Source: Eutreptiella sp. 'Long Island Sound 2002' (taxonomy: Eukaryota > Protista > Euglenida). Taken from it: DNA of 64,000 nucleotides. The position numbers were made by a program, and so were the translations under genes. Positions 1-12,900 of this stretch are shown here, in pieces. Within the stretch, counting starts at the first letter, position 1; each line of letters begins with the position of its first letter. Where the stretch lies: positions 70,804,001 to 70,868,000 of the forward strand of contig OZ038378.1 of assembly GCA_964036045.1 (NCBI GenBank). The letters are read 5' to 3'. The notes beneath the pieces are model-generated. The model searched no databases. It was given only the letters and a program-made list of their open reading frames with translations, and had not been told where the DNA came from.

Positions 1-1565
1 TTTCGTGGTAAATTGAGGCGCAAATACATGGTTTTAAGAAAAATGGTTTTTTTTCATGTTGTTTTAAAACTTCGTTGTAACCGCCAAAAGAGCAGTTTTC
101 TTCCCCCCCTGATGGATGAATCCCCTAAGTTCATGGAGTTTGAGGTGGGTATACATGATGATGCATATGAGGGAAGGTTTCATTCCCACGTCCCTTTCAT
201 CGGCCCAAGACAATGATTGTCCGGCAAAAGACCTATAATGATATTCATGAGTATTGTATCGCATGTGTGTAACGTTTGTTTGCCCGCTCTTGGTCTTGAA
301 GGGTTGTGCCAAATGTTTAACATTTGGCTGGGGTCCGATGAGGTTTTTTGCTGCTTCTGCCATGTGCACGTGTGTTTCCCCAAAGTTGGGTGGATTGGAG
401 ATTGGTCACTGGAAGGTTGAATTACTATTTGGCGGTGTGCACAAACACCCCCATGTTGTGGGGTGTCTGAGGGTCAACGTGCTTTGGAAAGCATTGAGGT
501 TACACTTTGAATACATGTGGCCTTTCACAGGACATTGGGGGGACACGGCACACGCGCGGCATGAAGATTGAGGTATTAAGCCCGACCAAGCACCTGCAAT
601 CTAGCCGGTGGCCATGCGGGAAGAGTTGTAGTCTCCTCCACTAGTAGGACAAGGGTAGGACAAATCCAAAGGGTATGAAAACTCCACAATGGTAGAGAAA
701 ATCCATCGGGTATAAAAAATCCACAAGGTTAGGAAATCCCCACTATGGGCCTCAAACGGTAGCAATTGACTCGGCCATAGGGCGCCTTGCTCCAAGGTTT
801 AGGAGGCTCGGGGCTATGATAGGGCAGAGCCACCCACATAGAACGTTGTGCCCCGGTCCACTCCTACGGCGGAGCTGCTCCCTGAGGTGCTATTAATTTA
901 ATTTAATTTAGGCGGAATATTGAGTGTTGGCAAAGCATGGAGCCTCTCTGAGTGAACTCGCGCCTCACCATGTATGGGCTGATGTAGAGGAGGAGATTGA
1001 CGTTGACGATGATGGCGATGAGGGTGCCGTGTGTGCTTTATGCTATAGGAAGAAGGACTCTCGGTCTGACTGCAAAGTTTGCCACCTATAGTATTGTTCC
1101 AAATGGTTGAACACCCACACACGTGGGGATGAATTGGTGGCACAGACACCACAGTGGTTTGCCACCTATCACAATCCAGTGGGAGCGGTGGCAACAGGGA
1201 GTAGCCACCCCACACCTCAACCCACGCCACTAGTGGGTTAACAACTAAGGGTGACTGCCCGAGCTAGGGCCACATGCAGTTTCTTTGGCAGGAGGTAAAG
1301 ACTTGGTGAATGCGCAAGGCGGTTTCTCTCTGTGTTTCCTTTGCTTTCGTCTTCTAGGATTGGTGGCGTAAAAAGTGGTGCCTGCTTTTTTTTTCCACCA
1401 TTTTCAATACAATTCGGCATGCGTGATTTTATTTTTTGCGTGATTCTTTTAGGGGGGGGGGGTTAACACTGACCATCCCTGCACATGCACGATGTTAGCT
1501 ATTTGGACACTGCATCCACGAACGAAGACCAACAAAGCTCTGAGACATCAAACATGAGGCTTTGC

Positions 1566-1620
1566 GAGTATTGTAAGGCTGGCAACAGGAGTATTGTAAG
1601 GCTGGCAACAGGAGTACTGT
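1566..1620 (+). repeat. 23-bp tandem repeat (GAGTATTGTAAGGCTGGCAACAG x2 plus a partial copy)
   Basis: Read directly; period 23 (1566, 1589). Confidence 0.9.
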
Positions 1621-2102
1621 AAGCCAGTATAGCCAGCAACGGAATAACTGAATGGCCCAACAACACACCATATGGGGAGAAAACGTACTACACTGTACTG
1701 TCGGCCGAAGGGCATGAAAGGGACCAACAACGCACCTGCAATGCACACAACTACTTCTAACCGGGGATGTGCAGACACCAACGGGGATGAACCATGGATC
1801 CCCCAAAAAATGTACCGTATGCAATGAGTTGCAGCCTCACTGCTCACTGGACCCAACCCCCCCCTCCCACCCCGGCCCAGAATGATTGTACAAACTTTTC
1901 TTCTGCACCGTCAGCTCAAAATTTTGTTGTGTTGCCTGCGTATGCTGTTGTCTTTTCATTGGCTTTGCCCTTGTCTTTTCAATGGGCGATGCTGTTGTCC
2001 TTTGGGTGGGTGGGTCAGGGAGGGGGGTGAGGGCACCCCACCCGTGTGAAACTTTAAACAATCTGAACCAATTGGAAACTTCAGAGGCAAGTTGTTTTGT
2101 CA

Positions 2103-2150
2103 CATCTACAAATGCATCTACAAATGCATCTACAAATGCATCTACAAATG
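2103..2150 (+). repeat. 12-bp tandem repeat (CATCTACAAATG)x4
   Basis: Read directly. Confidence 0.95.
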
Positions 2151-2399
2151 CATACAGCCAGCGGCCAACAGCCGCCATACCATGTTGCACAATGGGAGTT
2201 CCAAGCCTTTTTCGAAATTCTGTAACGGCAAAAGATCGCACCTTTAGCTGCAATACATCCCTTTCCCTCAAGTGGAACTCTGATGCTGTGCCAAGGAGCC
2301 CCTGGAGTGGTAAGGGCCTTTCTGACCCCTTGTTCTGCTGCCTCATGCCATGCCACCTGTTTTTCTCGTTCAGGACGCCCTGAGGTCCCCCAAGCGCTC

Positions 2400-4170
2400 G
2401 TCTACCATGATCACGTTGCCGTCAACACCCACAGCTGTCCAGTCCCGGCAGCTCAACAAGGTGTTAGTCTTCCGCAAGCACCTCCAGCCCCGCCGGGATG
2501 CTCTGGTCCGGAGGTTCATGTTCCACCCGGTCAGCCCCATGGCCATCCATCCCGAGCAGGTTGCATGATGGTCCCTACATAGAGTCCAGACTGTTTGCAT
2601 CGTTGTTGCCCTGCACGCAGCAACGGAATTAGGAATGTGTGGCGAATGCTCCCTCCCCCCGCTGTCAATGGTCGTAGTGTGGGCTGGTGCCCCTGCAATG
2701 GAGCCCCATTCAGGCCCAAGGCTCCATCTTCTTTGGAACAGCCTCGGGGGTGTATGTCTTGTTGGACAGGAAGGGCTACATGCCACCAGGGCATTCAACG
2801 GCCACAACAATGTAGTCGCAGTTTCTTTTCATACATACATACATACATACCTACATTATCCATCTCAGGACACGTGGGACCTAGTGGGTGCGGCAGGTGA
2901 CCCTTGTCCTACCCTCCACCCTGTCCACCCAAGGGGGATGCGCCAACGCGGCTGGACGTGGCTACTCCTTGGATGGGTCTGTGTGAGAAGTAGACCGTTG
3001 CCGTCCGTCTGCCCCCCCCTCCCGTGTCCACCGAATCTGCGTCCAGTCCCCCTTCATTTGGCACCCAATTTGGTTTGGTCTCAAGTCGTAAGCCACAGCA
3101 ATTTCAAGGTGAAGTGTGGTGCACATTGTGTTGAAGAGGGCAGAAGTGGGGGTAGGAGCAGACCTGCCTCGTGTCCACTGATTTTCGCTGGGAGCCACTG
3201 CTGTGCCATTCCCACTGAGTACTGGCTCCTGGGACTCAGTAAGAAACAGCTTCATCCAGTTCAAAAACCCAGTGGGCCCTGGCTCTCGTGGTCATGTCTG
3301 AGCTGACGGATGCTTGTAGCAAGTACCCCATTGCGTTAGCTCTAAGCACAGGGACCCTGTCTGGCTGTTGTTTTTCTGATCGCAGTTTTTGTGGTGGAAA
3401 GCGCAATGAGAGTTTTATGAGCAGGTTGTAGTGGGAAAGAGGGGCTGAAGAGTTGCTTCTACCAATAGCAACATTCTGCTTGAGACTGCAACCCACTTCT
3501 GTGTGTCTTGATGCACTGTTAAGCCAACTTCGCTGTATTGGGGTCCAAACCCCCCAAGTACCGCTTACCTGTGGGAGGCAGGTGAGTCCAGCCTTGTGGA
3601 AATATCCGGGATCTGTCGGTTTCCGTGACATTGGCCGTGGACAAGGGGGAGGGAGGGTCGGAGACGATACTTCAAGTGAAGGCTTTGGTGCATGACAAGC
3701 TCCCCTCCCCCTCCCCCACCCTCACTCCCAGCCCTGCTTGCGCCATGTGGTGTATACCAAACACCCACGTCCAATGGACACTGGGCGTTTGGATGGCAAG
3801 TGATGGATTTTCGAAGTCCCCTTCTGTGTTGACACGTGAGGGGGGAGGTGCTGGGCTACTTAATTTACGCTTTGTTCAAAGGGGATTCAACGCCTGATAC
3901 CTGTTGCCACCAAATACATCTACAAGGACTGCAGGTGTTGAGCTCTGGATGTCTATGTATGGTATCCATCACCTGGTACGTCAGCCAGCAGCCATGCCAG
4001 TAATATGGAATCAGATGGGCACACCGCTGTGACAATGCCTCTGTGTTTACACCTGCCGCCTCCTCTTTCTTCTTTTGCTTGCACCTTTGCCCCACTGCCC
4101 CCTTCTGAATGTGGGGTGCATTGCTTGATTCCTATTCTTCTTGCCTTACCACTGGCACGCCAAATCTTGG
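2400..4170 (-). pseudogene. Decayed UPF1/DNA2-like SF1 helicase, copy A
   Basis: Colinear remnants across frameshifts: Walker A-like IWRASGKA (~4165-4142), Ia TAVCPSDSIL (~4030), Walker B FELDEAV (~3265-3245), III VDTRQV (~3180), SALFNTM..AYDLRP (~3140-3075), V TIDSGGRE (~2680), GLYVG (~2590). Confidence 0.55.
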
Positions 4171-7114
4171 TCATGTTGTTCTGCCTCTCACTGTTCCCTG
4201 GTGCCTGCTCCTGCTCCTCCCCCTGCTCCTCCTGCTCTTCCTCAGAAATGTGTTACATTGTGTAGCCAGCTGCTTCAGACCGGATCATTCAGATCCCCAT
4301 GATTGTGGGTATTTCCCCCCTTCCGCTCCTTGTGCCGGGACCTGTGGGCCCAGCACAAGCTCAACATGACACCCTGCCTCAGCAATGTCTGCATACATAC
4401 ACCCAGCCACAGGCTCGATATGCCTCAGGGTGCGGGTGTTGAAGCGTTGCCATGGCATACTGTGTTTGCTGTTTGCGTTACGCACACTCAAAGCAGAGTT
4501 GGACCTCGTGTCACACCAGTGGCTGGTTCTGTTTCAGAACTTGGTCAGTGGTGCCCGGGGCAGGGGGGTGACTTGATGTACATTGGACACACACGTAGAA
4601 AGTTTGGGATACGCACAAGACACACAAGGTTGTAGTTTGGTATTAATTGGGATTCATATAGAAAGACACCTGCCTCTGTTGATTCAAAAGCAGCGAACAA
4701 TGGGAGGGAGCAGATGAGGGCACTTTTTGGGATCAACAGCACAACATGTAACCTAGAGAGCACGTACATACAACACAGCAATTGACACACAAACTTGGAT
4801 TCCAAATGCGAGCAAACGAGATTTCAGCCATGCCCTCTGGGTTGCACCATTTGCATCATGCCTTGAATCGCGCCAGCTGGACTGCACCAGGTGCATCAGG
4901 GGCAGTGGGAGTGCAGAGTTGGGTGCTGGTGGGGGTTGTGGGTGTATTTTGTGCTTGATGTGCATTTTTGCCCCCCGCCCCTCTGCAAGGTTTTTCCCCT
5001 CAACAACGCTAGGTGGGTCAATCTTGCTCCTCCCTTGCCCCTATCTTGCCCCTATCCCCTGTGCTGCCCCTGTTGTTTAGGCCACTCTTAAAGGAACACT
5101 TCTTGCCTAGAGGCATTACATCATGCAGTCTCGCATTTGAAAGATGGTAACGGCGAAACAGCGTTAAGGGCGCTACACTTCATACAACGACAAACCGTTG
5201 TCCAATCGAGATAATAAATAATGGCCGCCTTGCTGTATTGCTCCATTGGGCTCCAAAGATATAGGGGTCGTGCACCATGAACTACGTGATATGTTTTGGG
5301 TGCCTTTATAGTATGCCATGCTAGGGAGGCCAAGGATGAAATCCCTGGACTATTTTACACAACATGATGGTGTTGTGCATAGAGTGGAGTAGAGAGAGGT
5401 GCAAAATGTGTTCATGCTCCACAAAAGATCCCAACTTCAGGTGTTGAGTGGAGCCTTGAAAACCTCGTGATATGGCCGCAGAAGAGAACAATGCTCATCG
5501 CCATTACATGCATCTGTGAGACCCTAATGTAGGGCCCATTTGTCCAGCCCCATAGGTCTCACACGTGTTGTATGGAAGTTTGCACTCAAAACCCTCTGTT
5601 CCATGCAATGTTAAACATCACCACTTGTCAACACTTGCTCCCGTCACTGAGCTTGCACTTGTTGTCACCATTTGGTGCATGACAAGATCGTACTGAGCTA
5701 TGCACACCACTACACTTGGAATGGTGCACGAAAATTTCGATACCTACATCGGACCACATGTGTCCAAATTGCCCTTGCTTGTGTTGGTTTTAGGTGTGTG
5801 TATGGTGTGGGTGACTAATTGTATGTGCTATCTCATAGGGATGGGCATTGGTGCATGTTGTTGTTAGGCATCATTGCATGGTGCGGTTTTTGATATAACA
5901 TGCATTTTGGCATCCAAAATCTGATGGTTGCAACATATCTAGGTGTGTTGCAAGTGTACGTTGGTTGATAACATGCATGCAAAGTAGCATATTAGAGTCC
6001 TCAGGCGGCATGATTCCCAATTGCTTGCCCATGTGCTAAGTTGCCGACAAAAGCTGCGTGAAAGTCCCCACCTAGTGTGCTTGCACAAGTGCCTGTGAAG
6101 TTTGGGTAAGCAAATCGGGCACAAAAATGCTTTCAAATCTTTGACCACGATGGCAAGCCAAGACACCTACCAAAGCTTGCAAAGACATATGTCAAAATGC
6201 TTGCTACAGTCTCCACAATTGTGCTTGCCAAGGCACCTCGACATCGATGCCATGACACATTCGTATCACACAGGGCCGAATCCTCGGTTAAGATTTGAAG
6301 CCCCCCCCAACGAGCTATTGACTATTAATTATTGAGTATTGACCGCAAGGCACATGGGGGGGGGTCGAAGAGGGGCAATAGGGGGGTTAGGGCCAAGGGG
6401 AATGGGGTCTAGGTGGGGCAATTCGCCAGGGGGGTTACACGGCTCAGGGCCATGCGTTGCTTCATCATAGGTCTTCCCATTCCCACCTAGGTCTCCCTCA
6501 AAGCATGACTTTTGCACCCGAACCAAGACTGAAGGGTGGGTCCAAGGTTGTGGGGAAGGGCAGGTCAAGCACACTAGTAAAAGAGGCCGTGGCCGACTAA
6601 GAACGGATGTCGAGGAATACCAAGACCGACTTGGGCCACTGCCGCCCTAACCCCCCCCAATTTTTTCCCGGGCTCTTTCCGCTTCCTCCAGAGACAAGCC
6701 CCCCCCCCACCCCCCCATCAACCCCTCGCAACCCCTTTCGTAGCCTTTTGACCCGCTTCCAAACGCTTCCTTGCCCGCTTCACTTCCCGGAGAGACATAT
6801 CCCCCCAACACTATGTACCCACTGCGAACGGAACTTTTGAATGAATACACTCACTTTGTTGATTTCTTGCCCGTTTTGCCCGTGGTGCCTTGTCTTTGTG
6901 TCCGTTTGCTATGCTTACTTCGCCAAAAATTCATAAAAATTCAAACGACGTGAGTTGTAGCTTGAATCGGTCATAATGTAGCTTAGATTCACAAAAAAAA
7001 CTGAATTGGAGTTCGAATTCGCAACCTCGTGCGCAATCGCATTCGCATCTGTATCCGCATTCACATTCGCACAAACTTCGCGCGAACTTCGCGCGAATAT
7101 CCTTTCATTTTTGC

Positions 7115-8937
7115 ATGAGCATGATGTTCTTGTCGTATGTCTTTCGTTCAAACCCCACCTTCGCTTTCTTTGTGAAAATGTCCACTCAACAGTCGCATCC
7201 CCTTTCCCATATTGGGTCACTCTCACTCCCCGACCCGTCAGATGGCACCCTGGGCCACTACCAGGGCATCCCCCTTCCCTCCGGCACATGGGAGGAGGCC
7301 ACGTACACGGGGGGCCTGGCAGTGGAGGAGGTGGTGGGGTGGGCGAAGGGGTTGGCCACTCCCCCCCAGTTGATTCATGTTGGCATGCGAACACCCGAAA
7401 GGGCGGGATGGTTTGGGAAAAAAGGTTGGGCCACTCACCTTTTTCGGGAGTTGTTGGTGGCCCTCCCAGGGTTGCGGGCCGTCCGGCTCATTCCCGCTGG
7501 TTCAACCGTGGACAGCCTTTTGGGAATCATGGCCACGCACACCGTGGCCAAACCTAAGTCCGGCCTCTGTGCCATGTACCCCACCACTGGCCTCGTCCAC
7601 TGCCCCATGCGGATGGACATGATAGCCATCAATAACTACTTTCCTGCCGGTGAGCCGCAAGCTGACCACTCTAACCTTCCTTTTGAATGGCAGGCAGTGC
7701 AGCCCCAGTGGTGGGACCATCTAAGCATCTTGCCCAGCCACCCGACGGTGCCCCCTCTCCTCCACATCCCCGATATCACTCTGCCCACTCTCCATAGGAT
7801 GAAGGGGCTCAGTTGGTATCGGGGAATTGCGGACCCCCCCCACCCCGTTCATTACGCCCAAGCCCCCCTTGCGCAGGGCACCCCTGCAGGACTCCCCCTC
7901 GTATGCCACCGCCAACCCCTTCGTTTTGGCCGACCGCCCAGCCCCCCCGCTGGCTCCAAAGTTCGTGGACGGCCTCGGCTGCACATGTCATCGCGATATT
8001 CTTGTCGCGGAGGACTGCAAGACCACCTGGGGGAGGGTGGAAAGATTTAGGGCGGCGGGGAACCAAGTTCCACAACATTTTGACCTGGTGTTCAATGTGA
8101 AAACCGATGGAGGAGCAGAGGAAGGACCCCACCCTTTGCCAGCGGTACCAGTCCAAGCCATCCAAAACCGGGGGAATGGCATGTGCCCTTATCAGAAATT
8201 TTATTAACAGCATCAACGACCGTGTCCCCGATCCGTTTCAAGACTTGTTTGACATGCCTTGCTCCATCATTGTGTCGGGTGCTCAATCGGGGGACCAGCT
8301 CCCCCACACGGATGTTTCGACTGCCCCAGACATGCTGCCCCCCCGTGACCGCAACCCCTCGAGCTGCGACATCTCGACCTTCGTGGCCCTCTCCCCCCAG
8401 TACCTCATCAAAGTCCAGGCGGGAACGGCGCTGGGGGAGGCCACGGAGGAGAGGTGGGACGAGGTCCTCCTCCAACGGGGGGTCCTCGTCCTCATCATCA
8501 CTGCCCGGCACCACGCCCCCCCCCCGGGCAAGAGATGCAGGGGGCACTGTTCACGCAGTGGACCCCCGATCGGCGTCATTCATGGGTTAAGACGGATACG
8601 ACGCATCTCGACCCCCCCCTCCCCTTGAGCTTAAGGACTGCCTCGGCCTGCTGGACGGGGAGGGCAGGGAGGACGTGCCCACTTTTGGGCAACTGTTGCT
8701 GTTGGGGGTTGGATTAAAGGCTCGGGTCGGGCTGGCCACCCGGGACATGGTGGACGACATCTTCAGCCCCCCTGAGGTGGAGCCAGGCCCCCCCGTGTGC
8801 ACACACCACCCCCTGTTCCTCTCCCACTCCGCCCACGACATCTCCCCGTCATCCTGCACGCGGGGGACATTTTGATGTGGAATGGGGCGTACGAGATGGA
8901 GGTTGTAAAGGGGGATTCAACGGACGTCTTCTACCCC
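7115..8937 (+). pseudogene. Frameshifted exon encoding a 2OG-Fe(II) dioxygenase-like (PhyH-type DSBH) domain
   Basis: Overlapping ORFs 7115-8050, 7827-8207 and 8107-8628 join by frameshifts; SIIVSGAQSGDQLPHTD (H 8305, D 8311), ISTFVAL, EVLLQRGVLVLIITARHH (distal H 8509/8512). Confidence 0.6.
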
Positions 8938-9081
8938 GTATTCGCGCAAAGTTCGCGACATTGTGCTGCGCATTCGCAAATGCTTCAAATTCGGTTAGGC
9001 ATGCAGATTCACGAATTTTGCGCGAAGTTCGCGCGAATTTGGCATGAATAGTTACACTATTCCCTTTCATTTCATTCTCAG
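8938..9081 (+). other. Phase-0 GT-AG intron containing TTCGCG palindromic motifs
   Basis: GTATTC donor after codon CCC; pyrimidine tract TTTCATTTCATTCTCAG acceptor; splice joins DVFYP to EQRHRRLP in frame. Confidence 0.55.
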
Positions 9082-10578
9082 GAGCAAAGGCACCGCCGGC
9101 TGCCCGATCCCCGTGCGACCATGCACGCTCACAAGCGATTTCGCCCGGCCGGGTACACTGATGCTCCTACATAGCCGGGCACAGTCCGCCACGTGACCCT
9201 CGACCTGCCCCGGAGTTCGGCCGGCGCCGTCCCCGCAGACGACCGGGCGGCCATTCCCGCAGCCCCCCCTGCACCCCCGGCCTCAGACCCCGTGGTCGTC
9301 GCTAACCCCGTGGCGGGGATGGGGGTACCCCGCCGATCTCCCCCCCATCAGCTCCCTCCCCATGGTGCGGTCCCAGCCCCCGTTCGCATGGAAGCTCGAC
9401 CTCCCGGGACGGAAGTGGGCAAGGGAGGAGGTGGCGACGACGACTTGGGAGGTCGAGGTGGAGACGCAGGATGGGGCGCGGGAGCCGCCCCTCAAAATGT
9501 CTTTCCCCTGTGCCATCACGGTCCCCAACCCCGGGGGAGGGTTGAAGGAGAGGGAGACGATTATTGCCCTCTACGCATACCGGCTGCGTGAAGGGCATTG
9601 GAGAATGGATTGTTTGGTGAAGGGTAGGGCGGAGGTGCCGGAGGGGTAGCTGAGGCGGTTGGCAGCCTTGGCGGTGACGGGGGTGCGGGGATGGGGGGAC
9701 CGGGCGGAGGAGCACATGAGCTATGCCTGGCTCCAAATGTTCATGCGGGCAAAACCGGAGCAGCGCAAGCATTTGGGGGAGGTGGGGGGAGTGGTGGACG
9801 TGGATGCGGAGGAGGGGGGGGGGGAGGATGCCTCCTCCATGCGGAGCTCCAAGAGCGGCGGGCTAAGGGGCAAGGTGGGCCGGCCCCGCAAGGCCCCCAA
9901 ACTGCCCGCCAAGTCGGGTGGCCAGCCCTCGGCTGCAAAGCCCCTGCTGGCAACGCACGCCGCCGCGCAGGTGGACGCTTGGGTGGCGGCGCAGGCGGGG
10001 GCCATGCCTGAGTGGCAGAAGCGGGCGGTGGCGGCGGAGGGGGAGGTTCTCCTCCTGCGAGGCAAGGTCCAGGAGGCAGAGCAGCGGGCGGAGGAGGCGG
10101 AGCGGCGGGCAACGGCGGCGGAGCGGGACCGGGACCATCTCCAGGCAGAGGCCCGCATACCCAAGCCGAAGGCGGGCGCGCACGCGCAGCAGCAAGCAGA
10201 GCAGACGGAAGGGGTGGGACCGGGTCGAGGGTGGGGGGTGGTACGAAGTACCTTATGGTGGGAAGCCAGGCGTGGAAGACCCAGGCAAAGAAGGTGAAGG
10301 GGGAGGTCTCATCAGTGGCCGCCACCGCGCGCCTACTGCCTCAGCAGAAGGACGGGCCGACCTTCGAGTCGGTGGTGCCGGGGTATCAAGGTGCCATGGA
10401 CAGCCATGACGTTGTTGAGAAGCGGTACCCGGGGGATGCCCTGGTGGAGCCGCCACTAACCCAGCCTTTGAGCCCCCCCCCCCCCCCCCCAGCCCCCCCA
10501 GCCCCCAGGAGCCCATTGGTATGGGACCTCCACAGGCACTGCGACCCAGTAGTGTCGCCCTGCGAACACCCTTTTTAA
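9082..10578 (+). pseudogene. Second exon: Pro-rich region, AT-hook (KVGRPRK) and coiled coil, with in-frame stops and frameshifts
   Basis: ORFs 9362-9649 and 9659-10297 are in one frame separated by a single TAG; GRPR at 9872-9892; EAEQRAEEAERRATAAERDRD heptads. Confidence 0.6.
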
Positions 10579-10860
10579 CCATTGTAAATTACAACGGGGC
10601 CGACCAATGGCCTGATCGTGCCGCGAATTTCGCGCCAACTTCGTGTGATTTTGTGCAAATGCGCGAACAACTCAGGCGACTACTATCCTCAGATTTAGGC
10701 GAACTTCGCGCGAATTTATGCAATATTTGTGTTCAATGTTGGGGTGCTTGTACGAATTTTTTATTGTGCGATGTTTGCCAATAGGGCTGACTTTCTCTCA
10801 CTTTCTCGACATTGCAAATGGACATGCATTGACTATTGCCTATTGTCATTTTTTTTTGTC

Positions 10861-11370
10861 ATGGGACGTGGGAGTGGCGACAAGGGGAAGAAGGCCTTTG
10901 CCCATATCAAATCCAGACAGCACCGGGCCTGCCGCTTGTGGACATTGCAAGACGTCGTCTTTGGGGAACTAGGAGCCGAGTATCTGGTGTAGCACCTCCC
11001 GGACACGGGCCAGATTGTCCTCACGCCGGTAGACCGGCGGGGGGGGTGCATTGCGCACCGCCTCTCCAAATTTTCATGCTTCGCCATGGAAGGCAGCCAC
11101 CGTAGGCTCAAGCGCATGTTGCGCAATAGCGGCGGCCTAAGCCTTCAGCGCGGGCGCCTAGGTGTGCAGGTTGTCGTTGACAACCGCACCATAGACGACA
11201 GGCTCCGTGCAGAGGGGTAGGGCGTCGCAAAGAAGTCCATGCGTGGGCAAGGCCCATTGACCGTACAACAATTGGCTAGGCGGGCCTGCAAGAGGGCCCT
11301 TAGTGACCTCAACTATGCACATACCCTTAGTCAACATTTTACACGCCGCCAGCAGCAGCGACCATAGCAC
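10861..11370 (+). pseudogene. C-terminal remnant of a Transib/RAG1/Chapaev-type DDE transposase
   Basis: HRLSKFSCFAMEGSHRRLKR (E at 11089) fits the L-x-x-F-S-x4-E-x-x-H/N-x3-K third-catalytic-residue motif; N-terminal DD part absent. Confidence 0.4.
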
Positions 11371-11889
11371 GTTTGGACAGTTGGACGGTTAATGGCAAAG
11401 AGCACTTGCTTTGTTATGGTGAAGATGTGCATGCCCGTACGCAAAAATGGGGCCAAATTCGCGCGAATTTCGCGCAAATGTGGCCCAAATTCGCATTCGC
11501 AAGGGTCGCAGCAGACACTGGCGAACGGCACAATACGAATAGGGCATTAAACGGCCACTATGGCCACCCAGTTTGTGGAAAAGGAGTAGTTTTTTCTCGC
11601 AGGGATGTGTATTTTATTTTTTTAGACTTTTTGAAACCATATCCTTCGTTCCAACCCATTGAAAAGGGCCTTTTTCGGACAAAATAGTTGTTTTGGACAC
11701 CCATATTTGCATTCTCATTCCAAAGTTCCCTTAACGGCCATTCGCAAAGGGTACATACCCCACACCCCTCCCCTGTATCTCCCCTTTCGAGGGTTTTTGG
11801 GCACTTGCATGGCGTAATATGGGTCAATGATGCTTAATTTAAAATAGCCTTAAACCACTAGTTTGAGAACCTCAAGTGGTCTAGCAACA

Positions 11890-12250
11890 ATTTGGAAAAA
11901 AGTCGCCGTTGACCTTTTTTGGACCCATAGGTGAACCCCGAAGCCCTACCCTAGCAGATGCGTTGTGCACGCTCCACCAATGTGTGGTGCTAATTGGCCA
12001 ATGACAGATGTTGATGGCGTGGTAAACCATGCAAGTGACCTCATTCATCATGGAATCCGCAAAAAGGCGCAAAAAAGGTGCTTCTCTAGGCTCAATTTCA
12101 CAAGTATTTAAGGTCCAAAAACAGGGACTGAAGCCTACTACGTGGGTGCAAGACAAACTTGGCACTAATCAAAGGTGTGGGACACAAGATCTTTGGGATC
12201 ACCCCACTCGATGGCATCTTGAACCCCCTGCTGCTGTGTGCTAGCTCCAA
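11890..12250 (+). pseudogene. Partial helicase relic (C-half), similar at DNA level to 16630-16990
   Basis: GACCCATAGGTGAACCCCGAAGCCCTACCCTAGCA vs GACCCATTGGTGACCCAAAGAAATCTACCCTAGCA; IGEP and IFGITPLDG remnants. Confidence 0.35.
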
Positions 12251-12259
12251 CCATGACAT

Positions 12260-12900
12260 GACGACAGACACCAAAGTCGCCGCCGCTGCTACACACGGTC
12301 GCTCCTCCACAGAATGAACAACATGCGGACTGGCTTCCTATTTAGTTAGCTCTCCCCTCATGTCTACCACGACGCAGCAAGGACAGTGTTGGGGATAACG
12401 GTTTGTCTGCCGCTGTGACAATCCTAGCCGCCGTCAACGAAACAGCACCTCGACCGCATCGCCACATTTGCCCATTGTTGTCCTCTGTACCCGCTAGGGG
12501 GTCTATTGCAACGCCGCGTAGTGTGATCACGCTGGTGCTCAACGTATGGATGCTGACGTCCTCCACTCCTACCAGGGCCCTCCGCTTTTGGGTGCACAAT
12601 GTGGGGGCGGTACATGATGCATTGGGGGCCCGGGTTTTGGTAGCAAAATGGCGACGAAGGTGGACATGTTGTCGGGCATATAAGATGCAATTTTGAAGAC
12701 CAAGGGTGTGGGAGTGTTGGGTGGCGGGATTGCGGCACGGGTGGCATCGTCAAGACATGGTGCCCTCTCCCTTGGGCAAAGAACTCCAATGAGCTTGGCA
12801 CAAAGTTTACCGTGACCACAAGACAAGCAACCCCAGCCACATTCTTGTCACGGCACCCATCAATGGGGTACATTTGCCAATGAAGTACCCGTGCATCCTA
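12260..12900 (-). pseudogene. Decayed UPF1-like helicase, copy O (N-half)
   Basis: Walker A-like MHGYFIGKC (12896-12870), LVVTVNFV (Ia-like), Walker B-like CFVDGG (~12445-12427). Confidence 0.4.

Larger units (their letters stand above)
6600..11860 (+). mobile_element. Putative GC-rich DNA transposon derivative with a dioxygenase/AT-hook cargo gene and a transposase tail; boundaries approximate
   Basis: GC/CpG-rich block distinct from flanks; five perfect TTCGCGCGAA palindromes (7077, 7088, 9028, 10705, 11458); transposase-like E motif near the 3' end; TIR/TSD not identified. Confidence 0.5.

Noticed and set aside
9302-10582. Several long - strand Pro/Ala-rich ORFs
   Set aside because: Antisense shadows of the GC-rich + strand exon that carries the AT-hook and coiled coil.
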